A stretch of DNA of 64,000 bases, taken from assembly GCA_002269645.1 (NCBI GenBank), contig NIVC01001811.1, positions 186,001 through 250,000 on the forward strand. Direction: 5' to 3'. The number at the start of each line of letters is the position of its first letter. Positions within the stretch are counted from its first letter, which is position 1. The notes beneath the pieces were generated by a model. The model searched no databases, was not told the DNA's origin, and saw only the letters and a program-made list of their open reading frames with translations. A program made the position numbers and the translations under genes. This DNA comes from Macrostomum lignano. Taxonomy: Eukaryota. This document shows, piece after piece, positions 44,413-54,975 of the stretch.

Positions 44413-45352
44413 CAACCACTAGGCTACAACAACCACTAGGCTACAACCACTAGGCTACAACAACCACTAAGCTACAACCAATAGGCTACAACCACTAGGC
44501 TACAACCAATTAATAGGCTACAACCATGCACTAGGCTACAACCACTAGGCTACAACAACCAATAGGCTACAACCACTAGGCTACAACCACTAGGCTACAA
44601 CAACCACTAGGCTACAACCACTAGGCTACAACCACTAGGCTACAACCACTAGGCTACAACAACCAATAGGCTACAACCACTAGGCTACAACTACTAGGCT
44701 ACAACCACTAGGCTACAACCACTAGGCTACAACTACTAGGCTACAACCACTAGGCTACAACCACTAGGCTACAACAACCACTAGGCTACAACCACTAGGC
44801 TACAACCACTAGGCTACAACCACTAGGCTACAACCACTAGGCTACAACAACCACTAGGCTACAACCACTAGGCTACAACCACTAGGCTACAACCACTAGG
44901 CTACAACCACTAGGCTACAACCACTAGGCTACAACAACCACTAGGCTACAACCACTAGGCTACAACCACTAGGCTACAACCACTAGGCTACAACCACTAG
45001 GCTACAACCACTAGGCTACAACCACTAGGCTACAACCACTAGGCTACAACCACTAGGCTACAACCACTAGGCTACAACCACTAGGCTACAACAACCACTA
45101 GGCTACAACCACTAGGCTACAACCACTAGGCTACAACAACCACTAGGCTACAACCACTAGGCTACAACCACTAGGCTACAACCACTAGGCTACAACCACT
45201 AGGCTACAACCACTAGGCTACAACCACTAGGCTACAACAACCACTAGGCTACAACCACTAGGCTACAACCACTAGGCTACAACCACTAGGCTACAACAAC
45301 CACTAGGCTACAACCACTAGGCTACAACCACTAGGCTACAACAACCACTAGG
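44400..45352. repeat. 14/17-bp minisatellite accactaggctaca(aca)
   Basis: Roughly 60 units, continuous with the SINE 5' end. Confidence 0.95.
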
Positions 45353-45497
45353 CTTGAACCGTGGCGCAAGCAGTCTTATTCAATCAATCACCGTACTAAT
45401 CGCGACAAACTCGGCTTAGCTATTCATACTGAAAGTATTAAAAAGTTTTCGACTTGAATAAAACACGCACAAGCATTCCTAGAATCCTCGAGCCCGG

Positions 45498-48031
45498 TGT
45501 TAGGGTTTCTGCTCTCCGGAGTTAAGGATCTCCGGCCCGACGATCCAACCAAAAAAATTACGCGATTTTACAATCGCCCTCACGGATATCAGGAACCATG
45601 ACATAAGATAAGGTTACAGATCGCCGCCATGCTAGACTCTCCGGAGTATTATTATCTTAGAAAATTGGAAGATAAGAGATAAATTACATTTCTCTGATTC
45701 TAGAAAGCCCAGCTCGTGAGCAGCCTATAGCTTGCGCAACTTTTTCGATGAGTTCATCCATCTAGTACATCGTACATTTGCATGCGCCCTGTGAGGGCTA
45801 AATTTAGGGCTGGCCAGACTTGCGCATCATTTTTCGTCTCTGTGCATTTGTCGAGGGATTTGATTGTCATATATAAGCAGTGAAATAAAACTTATTGTGA
45901 GTAATTGTCTGTTTGCGGTTATCTTTACTTTCTACTTGTCAAATGGCTACTTTGAATCAAATATTCTTTTATGTACTGAACAACGACTGCGCACAAATTC
46001 CTGTCGACTTGAACTCGAGAGAGAAAAGCAATTTGAAGAGGCGCATCAGGGAAAAGAGCAGAAATTTTAGCATTCACGATGGAGCATTGTATTACATGGT
46101 GAAAAATAAAGATGGCAGTAAGCGCATGCGGCCCAAAGACAGACGCAAGGTGCTGTTTACCGAGCAAGAAGTGCAAGAAAAGGTTTTGAGCCTTCATTCT
46201 CAAGGGAGCCATGTTGGCGTGAACAGCACCGTGAGTCTTTTCACGGCAAGGTACTATGCCGATATACCTGTAACACCGATTGCCAAAGCTGTGGTTCAGG
46301 CGTGTGCGAGGTGCGAAATGGTCAACAAGAAGTTTTCTTCAGCGCAGAAGGAGCTGCATCCGATTGAAGTTCACAGGAATGCAGAGCGCCTCTTCGGCTT
46401 TTTGTGCATGGACTGCATCACAATGCCGACTACCACATCAAACGCTTCGAAGTATATCCTGACTGTATGCTGCAAGTTTACAAAATTTGCCATTTTTCGG
46501 GCGTTGCCGAACATCAAAGCGCTGACTATCGCAGCCGAGTTAAAAAGCATCTTCGCGCTTTTTGGCTGGCCATTGGTCATTCTCAGCGATCAAGGACGCG
46601 AGTTCTGCAACTCTGTCTTGGACGCCCTGCTGCAGTCCGGAGGAACGCAAAGAAGAGTGACCAGTGCTTACCACCCACAGGTAACCTTAACAGTAATGTT
46701 TTATGCTTCTGATATTATGTAGTAGTGGTGCATCATTTTTTAAGTACGAGTAGATCACTAATTTTCTCCAGACAAACGGTCAAACTGAGCGCCTCAACCA
46801 AACGTGCATTAATCTACTGAGAAAGCGGTGTGATTCTGAGGAACCAACTAACTGGGATTCCATGCTGAATGATGTTCAACTCGCATACAACAGCCGCCGA
46901 CATTCGGTGACAGGCTTCTCGCCGTGCAGGTAAAATATGAAAGTAATAAAGTTTATAGAGAATCAAGTATATTTTATAAAGCATATTTCTATACTGTAGC
47001 AGACAATGTTAGTTCATATGCCTCCATTTATCTTTAGAGCCGCCTTTGGCTTTGAGCCATTGCTAGGCGATCATGCCGCAGCACTGGCTTCGGTTCCGGA
47101 GCCGATGGAAATCAACAGGCAATTGCTTGCCAACAAGGACAAGAAGCGAGCCGCAGCGCGAAAACTAATTGCGCGTAGAATCAAGATCGCTCAAGAAAAG
47201 ATGCGACAGCGTCACTTGGTTTCGGCTGCTGGAGCTCAAGAGCTAAAGCGAGGAGACAGAGTTCGGCTTCGAAATCTGCGGAGGGATGATCGAAAGGGTG
47301 GCAAGATGCGATACACCTGGAGTCAGCAGGTCTACATCGTGACGAGGTGCCTCGGTCGCAACGTATATCGATTAGGAGGACTCACTAGACGTGTCAATGG
47401 CAGGCATCTCAAGAAGTGCTTTCTACAAGTACAATGGTTGAGCGAATCTCCAGTTTTTTATTAGAATCGTATGCGGGACTCTGAACTGACAGCACTCGTA
47501 CGAGTATTTATCAAAGGTTTCTAGCTCGTAATTTTGCCCTGGTATGGTGCATGACAGCTGCAAAATATACTGGCTACAGTGAAACGTTAAACTACGATCG
47601 TACAAAATGTAAAATGTCTTGAAATGGAAAAAATGACTGACATTGTTAGCGATTTTTACTACCTTTTATGCATGCTTCGATGAAAATTGTTAAACGGTTA
47701 AGAGAAGGAAACTACAACAACACTCGTTGCACGATTACGATTTCGGACTTTATAAAAATGGGGAGATCGGTAACCGGAGATCCTAAACCAAACCTTTTTT
47801 GCACTCGTGACGGAGATCGGCAAACGGTGTAGAATCTCCGAGGGGATAACAGAATCTGGTTTTGGATCTCCGGATAGGGAGACCTGACCATGCCCCGGAG
47901 ATCCCACAACGGTTACGGATCTTTTAGACCCAAACCCTTTAAGATCTCCGGTCGGAGATCCCAGCCCGTTTGCAGTCTCCGGATCGGCGACCCAAAACTG
48001 ACCAGAGCCCCGGAGTTTCTAAACCGTAATA
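45498..48031 (+). mobile_element. Ginger-type DNA transposon (Gypsy-integrase-like transposase)
   Basis: Ends TGTTAGGG... and ...CCGTAATA with imperfect TIRs (16/24 match); flanks CCGG/CCTG; repeated CGGAGATC subterminal motifs. Removing the element restores the Mcr reading frame (LSPGSRILGML|GT). Confidence 0.78.
45943..47464 (+). CDS. Spliced DDE integrase/transposase, 3 exons, 440 aa
   Basis: Exons 45943-46680, 46772-46929 and 47038-47464. HHCC finger (LHSQGSHVG...CARC), MDC, SDQGREF, YHPQ|TNGQTERLN, and a GPY/F-like C-terminus (GDRVRL...KM...W...YRL...VNGRHLK). Confidence 0.88.
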
Positions 48032-48375
48032 CCTGGCTTAGAAATGTCTCTTCGGCGAACGCCAGCTCAGACTCTGAAGAAGCGGCACCTCTTGACGAAC
48101 CCATCTTGATGGATGGTTGATGCCGCACAGAGAAGCGAAACGTGAGGCTGGAGTAGAGTAGGCGGTACACGGCTACACAAAGCTGCAGCTTCTGCTCCGG
48201 GCGAAACGTTTTTGGCGCCAGAATTCGGTAGGTCCTGTCGCGGTCGAATTTGTGTTTTTTTATATGCATCGAAATCGCTAAATTTTAAACAGCCGCGATG
48301 TGAACAGCTGGCGGTTACATCGCCCGTACTATATAGAAGCCTCGAAGTGGGTAACAACGGGTATCTGAGTGGGTA

Positions 48376-48628
48376 GTGCCCATTCCGCAGACTCCCCTGA
48401 TACGTACGCAGTCATCCGCACAGGCACACACTCACACAGGAGTGTACAGCAGCCCTAACTTTATTTATCGTTAGGCATGTACCTAGGCTTGAGGGTTGGC
48501 CCTAAAGACCATTAATTGCACGACTGACCTAAGCCGGGATTCCAATTCAACCCCAAATTAATGAGCCTGCACTTGGAACCAAGCTTTAGTATGCTACGAG
48601 CTATAATAAGACCACTCGGCTACGGCAA
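48376..48628 (-). mobile_element. SINE family 1, second copy
   Basis: Aligns by eye to 15855-16143 (cccattccgc.gactcccctga...cacacaggagtgtacagc...ccccaaattaatg..ctgcacttggaa). Confidence 0.75.
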
Positions 48629-49409
48629 CTCATCTGGGTGAGTAACAAACAGGTAATTGTGGTAGGTAACTTGAACGGGTATCCGAGGTGATCACACAGC
48701 GGATATTGGGGTGAACCAATGGTTATCCACAGTTAGATGGGGCAAGCAGCTATATTGTCTGGGGTGAGTAACTATGGAATGGGTATTAAAGTACAAATAC
48801 TGGCACTGAAGCAAGAGAACCTGTTCTCTCCTAGAAGCTTAGGTAAGCAACTGAACTGTCAAAGGCAGTCACAGCTGTTAAAAACTTCAAACCTGCAACC
48901 TTGATAGATTTTAAGCTAACAGAAACTCAGTCAGTTCAATCAAATCTTACGGCGCTTGCACCAGTTCAAGGCTAGTCGACGTCACAGCATCGACGCCATT
49001 GACAGTCGAGAAGTTGCCGCACATGAGGCGCGCCAGCAGCAGCAACAGGAGCTCTGTAGCATCACTGCTGTTGCAGATGTTCATTCTATTTCTAGGTAAT
49101 AGAAGACAAGCAACGATTGCCGAAAAAATTTATATACACGTAACACAACTACAGGAAGTTAATAATGTAACTAATGCTCTACCAGCAAGGGGTTTTTGGC
49201 CAGCAATTAGTTCTGACACAAATTAAGCGCTAAATTGTTTCTTACTTAGGTAAGAATGCCGGGCCCTTTTAAGTGCTTTCCCACGGAATCAGAAAATTAT
49301 TAACCAGGTAGTCAGAATTCCGACTCCACAGTTTTGTCGGCATTTGCAGTGTCTAGTAGTAATAGGAAGCAGCTTAACTGGGAAACCTGTATGAAATACA
49401 TTTGTGTAG

Positions 49410-50410
49410 CTCAGTCAGTGAGTCAGTGAGTCAGTGAGTCAGTGAGTCAGTCAGTGAGTCAGTGAGTCAGTGAGTTAGTCAGTGAGTCAGTGAGTCAGTG
49501 AGTGAGTGAGTGAGTGAGTGAGTGAGTCAGTCAGTCAGTCAGTCAGTGAGTCAGTCAGTCAGTGAGTCAGTGAGTCAGTGAGTTAGTCAGTGAGTCAGTG
49601 AGTGAGTGAGTGAGTGAGTGAGTGAGTCAGTCAGTCAGTCAGTCAGTGAGTCAGTCAGTCAGTGAGTCAGTGAGTCAGTGAGTGAGTGAGTGAGTGAGTG
49701 AGTGAGTGAGTCAGTCAGTCAGTCAGTCAGTCAGTCAGTCAGTCAGTCAGTCAGTCAGTCAGTGAGTCAGTCAGTCAGTGAGTCAGTGAGTCAGTGAGTG
49801 AGTGAGTGAGTGAGTGAGTGAGTGAGTCAGTCAGTCAGTCAGTCAGTCAGTCAGTCAGTCAGTCAGTGAGTCAGTGAGTGAGTGAGTGAGTGAGTGAGTG
49901 AGTGAGTGAGTGAGTCAGTCAGTGAGTGAGTCAGTCAGTCAGTCAGTCAGTCAGTCAGTGAGTCAGTGAGTGAGTGAGTGAGTGAGTGAGTGAGTGAGTG
50001 AGTGAGTGAGTGAGTGAGTGAGTGAGTGAGTCAGTCAGTCAGTCAGTCAGTGAGTGAGTCAGTGAGTGAGTGAGTGAGTGAGTGAGTGAGTGAGTGAGTG
50101 AGTGAGTGAGTGAGTCAGTCAGTCAGTCAGTCAGTCAGTCAGTCAGTGAGTCAGTGAGTCAGTGAGTCAGTGAGTGAGTGAGTGAGTGAGTGAGTGAGTG
50201 AGTCAGTCAGTCAGTCAGTCAGTCAGTCAGTCAGTCAGTCAGTGAGTCAGTGAGTGAGTGAGTGAGTGAGTGAGTGAGTGAGTGAGTGAGTGAGAGAGTG
50301 AGTGAGTGAGTGAGTGAGTGAGTGAGTGAGTGAGTGAGTGAGTGAGTGAGTGAGTGAGTGAGTGAGTGAGTGAGTGAGTCAGTCAGTCAGTCAGTCAGTC
50401 AGTCAGCCAG
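49410..50410. repeat. ~1-kb compound (GAGT)n/(CAGT)n microsatellite
   Basis: Direct reading. Confidence 0.97.
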
Positions 50411-50626
50411 CAGTGAGCAAGTGAAGTGAAAATCCTGAAAGCAGTAAATTACAATTTGCAGTGAAAACACGGAACAATAGAAGCTGAAGGTCATTTCGAG
50501 TAGTTTATTTGGTTACAAAAAATTGCAACTTTTACAAAAAATTTCATTAGAGAATGAAGACAAAAAAACGACAGAAAACAGAATAGCTAAGTCAAATACT
50601 GTCACACGCCTAGCTAGTGACGGGGG

Positions 50627-52060
50627 TCAATCAGCCCTGTGCATATCACACGGTCTCAGCACCAGTTGACCTTCAACCCCACCGTCATCAGAGGGATCCT
50701 TCAGCAGGGTGACAACCACAGCGGCGTCCCGGCCTTGGAACAGCATCTCGCCTGGGAAGTCCACCAGGCCGTGCTTCCTGGCCCGCAGCAGGACGCCCAC
50801 CACCTTGTTGGAGATTCGCTCGTACACGGAGAACAACTCGCCGAATGTGGTCTGCCACGTCTGCGGTGAGTTTGGGACTGATTAGTAAGGCGATGAGTGG
50901 CGCTACCTGACTACTGAGAATAGCTGTGCATTTGGCTCTTATTCTAATATTGTTTCTTAGCCTATATTTTGATCCCCATTTTCCCTAATCCCAACTTCTC
51001 CCCAATTACCAGTCTTCCCTGATCCCCCATCCTTATTCTTCCCTAATCCGCCAATCCATATTTTCCCCAATCCCCATTCTTTCCTAATCCCCATTCTTCC
51101 CTGATCCCCTTGCTTTCCTAATCCTTATTCTTCCCCAATCCCCAATCTTCCCCAATCCCTATTCTTCCCTAATCCCCATTCTTCCCCAATCCCTATTCTT
51201 CCCCAATCCCTATTCTTCCCCAATCCCTATTCTTCCCAAACCCCCTTCTTCCCTGATCCGCTTGCTTTCCTAATCCCCATTCATCCCCAATCCCCATTCT
51301 TCCCTAATCCCCATTCTTCCCTGATCCCCTTGCTTTCCTAATCCTTATTCTTCCCCAATCCCCAATCTTCCCCAATCCCTATTCTTCCCTAATCCCCATT
51401 CTTCCCCAATCCCTATTCTTCCCCAATCCCTATTCTTCCCCAATCCCTATTCTTCCCCAATCCCTATTCTTCCCAAACCCCCTTCTTCCCTGATCCGCTT
51501 GCTTTCCTAATCCCCATTCATCCCCAATCCCTATTCTTCCCTAATCCCCATTCTTCCCTGATCCCCTTGCTTTCCTAATCCCCATTCTTCCCTTCCCCAA
51601 TCCCCATTGTTGCTAATCTGCCAATCTCCCAAAACTCCTTCCCCTCGCCAATCATCCCTTATTCAATTTCGATTCTTAATTTAAATTGCAATACCATATT
51701 GAAATCCTAAGGCGAAATTAACGCCCTATAAAATGTCACCTGTGTCCCATCGCTGAGCACAACCCGCCGGCCAATCTGTTTGATCAATTCGCACAGTTCG
51801 GTAATCTCGGCGCTAATCCTATCGTGCGCAGCAAATCCCCTGGCCTCTGTTCGAGATCCTTCCGGTGGCTTCCCGTAGCCGGGATCTCGCCGTCGTCCCG
51901 CGGCTGACGAAGAGCTTTCGATGGCAGCGAATCGCGAGGAGAACGGATTGCGCGCCTGCTCGGCAAAGGCCGCATGGCAGCGGCCGTTCCAGACCGACAC
52001 GCGATCTGCGATTGCGGGGCTCGAGTCCGGGACCGATTCCTCACCGGTGCTGGGATCTGC
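50627..52060 (-). CDS. ABRA: Actin-binding Rho-activating protein (STARS, Costars domain); first exon not located
   Basis: Exons 52060-51740 and 50860-50627. NPFS...GYGKPPEGSRT...EITELC...TFGELFSVYERISNKVVGVLLRARKHGLVDFPGEMLFQGRD matches the ABRA C-terminus. Confidence 0.85.
50975..51660. repeat. C/T-rich ~19-20 bp minisatellite (ccccaatccctattctt) in the ABRA intron
   Basis: Direct reading; contains CCCTAA variants. Confidence 0.88.
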
Positions 52061-52124
52061 CTAAGTATATTAGAGCAAAATGAGGATTTTTTGGGTGCAA
52101 ATTCCACACTTAACTGATTCTTTG

Positions 52125-53370
52125 TATGTGGGAATCCGACACCTAATTAGGGATTCTTTTAAGATGGAAATCCCAAACCTAATTAGGGATCCTGTTAGCA
52201 GGGAATCCCAAACATATTTAAGGATTCTTTTAACATGAAAATCCCACACCTAATTAAGGATTCTTTTAACACGGAAATCCTAAACCTTATTGGGGATTCC
52301 GTTAGCAGGGAAATCCCACACCTAATTAGGGATTCTTTTAAACAAGGAAATCCCACACCTAATTAGGGACTCTTTTAACACGGAAATCCCACACCTAATT
52401 AGGGATTCTTTTAACACGGAAATCCCACACCTAATTAGGGACTCTTTTAACACGGAAATCCCACACCTAATTAGGGATTCTTTTAAGATGGAAATCCCAA
52501 GCCTTATTAGGGATTCCGTTAGCAGGGAAATCCCAAACCTATTTGGGGACTCTTTAAACAAGGAAATCCCACACCTAATTAGGGATTCTTTTAACACGGA
52601 AATCCCACACTTAATTAGGGATTCTTTTAACACGGAAATCCCACACTTAATTAGGGATTCTTTTAACACGGAAATCCCACACCTAATTAGGGATTCTTTT
52701 AACACGGAAATCCCACACCTAATTAGGGATTCTTTTAACACGGAAATCCCACACCTAATTAGGGACTCTTTTAACACGGAAATCCAACACCTAATTAGGG
52801 ACTCTTTTAACACGGAAATCCCACACCTAATTAGGGATTCTTTTAACACGGAAATCCAACACCTAATTAGGGATTCTTTTAACACGGAAATCCCACACTT
52901 AATTAGGGATTCTTTTAACACGGAAATCCCACACCTAATTAGGGATTCTTTTAACACGGAAATCCCACACTTAATTAGGGATTCTTTTAACACGGAAATC
53001 CCACACTTAATTAGGGATTCTTTTAACACGGAAATCCCACACCTAATTAGGGATTCTTTTAACACGGAAATCCAACACCTAATTAGGGACTCTTTTAACA
53101 AGGAAATCCCACACCTAATTAGGGACTCTTTTAACAAGGAAATCCCACACCTAATTAGGGATTCTTTTAACATGGAAATCCCACACCTAATTAGGGACTC
53201 TTTTAACAAGGAAATCCCACACCTAATTAGGGATTCTTTTAACATGGAAATCCCACACCTAATTAGGGACTCTTTTAACAAGGAAATCCCACACCTAATT
53301 AGGGACTCTTTTAACAAGGAAATCCCACACCTAATTAGGGATTATTTTAACATGGAAATCCCACACCTAT
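52125..53370. repeat. 36-bp satellite
   Basis: Tandem ttttaacacggaaatcccacacctaattagggattc with no spacers. Confidence 0.96.
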
Positions 53371-53784
53371 CTGATTCTGTTTAAATGAATAAAAAATCAT
53401 ACAAATCTAGGCATATGTGACAGATTTTATCGGCATAACTATATTTTCTGTCTAGAAGCAACAAAATAAAAGCAACGAATAACAGATCAGTGAACTTTTT
53501 GCTTCATATATGAAGAAAATTTTATTTTTCAATGCATATTTTATGTAATATTCACTTCACCAAGGCTCAATGCAATGTATTTTTTCGGCTGTTATAGTAA
53601 TAGATTTCATATTCGCTCATTGTTGTTGTTGTGCATGTTTTACAATGTAGAGTGCAAAATGTTGCCTGAAAGTAATCATTAGGCATGGAGAAAAATAATG
53701 GAGCCTAAAAAGCGCCTTGCCACCCATAATTCTTTATTTTCATTTTTCAGGTAAGTTTTAAATAGACTAAGGGAGATTTTCAGG

Positions 53785-54330
53785 TAGGTTTTATGGTAGA
53801 ATTACTGAGAACAATTTCAGGTAGGGTTTATGGTAGAGTGAGTGGCGATTTTCAGGTAGGGTTTATGGTAGAGTGAGTGGCGATTTTCAGGTAGGGTTTT
53901 TGGTAGAGTGAGTGGCGATTTTCAGGTAGGGTTTATGGTAGAGTGAGTGGCGATTTTCAGGTAGGGTTTATGGTAGAGTGAGTGGCGATTTTCAGGTAGG
54001 GTTTATGGTAGAGTGAGTGGCGATTTTCAGGTAGGGTTTATGGTAGAGTGAGTGGCGATTTTCAGGTAGGGTTTATGGTAGAGTGAGTGGCGATTTTCAG
54101 GTAGGGTTTATGGTAGAGTGAGTAGCGATTTTCAGGTAGGTTTTATGGTAGAATTACTGAGAACAATTTCAGGTAGGGTTTATGGTAGAGTGAGTGGCGA
54201 TTTTCAGGTAGGGTTTATGGTAGAGTGAGTGGCGATTTTCAGGTAGGGTTTATGGTAGAGTGAGTGGCGATTTTCAGGTAGGGTTTATGGTAGAGTGAGT
54301 GGCGATTTTCAGGTAGGGTTTATGGTAGTC
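53785..54330. repeat. 35-bp satellite just 3' of the LTN1 stop
   Basis: Tandem ttttcaggtagggtttatggtagagtgagtggcga. Confidence 0.94.
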
Positions 54331-54377
54331 TGAGGGTAGGCTTATTGATTTGTCTGATAGGCGATTCCGCCCAGGCC

Positions 54378-54854
54378 TCAAGACCTGTTACTAGTAATAA
54401 AATCGAAGGTGTTCCGACACAGCGGACAAGTGGGATTCTGCGAGGTCTCGAACCATTGCCGCATGCAGGCCCGGTGGAACCGCTTGCGGCACACCCGGCA
54501 CTGCAGATCCGGCAGTCTGTAGTTGGAGCCGTGCAGAATACTGTAGCAGATCATGCAGTCTTCAACGCCTTCGAACTTTTTATCAACATTTCGTTTCCAC
54601 AGCTCGATGCCGTCCAATAGGGAGCCATTCTGACTGCGCAGGAAGGCGGCCATCTGCAGTTGCCAACGACGCCAATCGTTGCTAGGGATGCCGACTCGCT
54701 TGCTGATCTCTACGCTGGGATGGCCGAGTGGATAATCCGCTGGTAAAGTGATTAGCAACTCGGCCGAGTGCTCGTCCGTCACCTTGGGTGGAAGCAGTGT
54801 CCATTGGTAGGGTGTCATTAGCTGATAGTTATTGTCTGTCTGCCTTGGAGCCTG

Positions 54855-54887
<33 letters not shown>

Positions 54888-54898
54888 TAGTGTCTTAG

Positions 54899-54975
<77 letters not shown>

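Larger units (their letters stand above)
40809..49084 (-). pseudogene. Macroglobulin complement-related (Mcr/TEP6, CD109-like) thioester-family gene, disrupted
   Basis: Putative leader exon 49084-48951; MG1 exon 48328-48032 plus 45497-45471 (TYRILAPKTFRP); exons 43997-~43740, 43599-42027 (VAGDIVGP, KPVGSAES, WVSTQDT, GRNAS), 41847-41674 (SGMA..LPSGY), 41412-41305 (WHPVAN..VYDY) and 40995-40809 (ICKVCGSFECPYC plus hydrophobic tail). Several frameshifts are present. Confidence 0.8.

Noticed and set aside
52322-53384. 331-aa and 298-aa repeat ORFs; 36-bp repeats that could look like CRISPR
   Set aside because: Head-to-tail units with no unique spacers and no cas genes; the unit length is a multiple of 3, so open frames arise on both strands.
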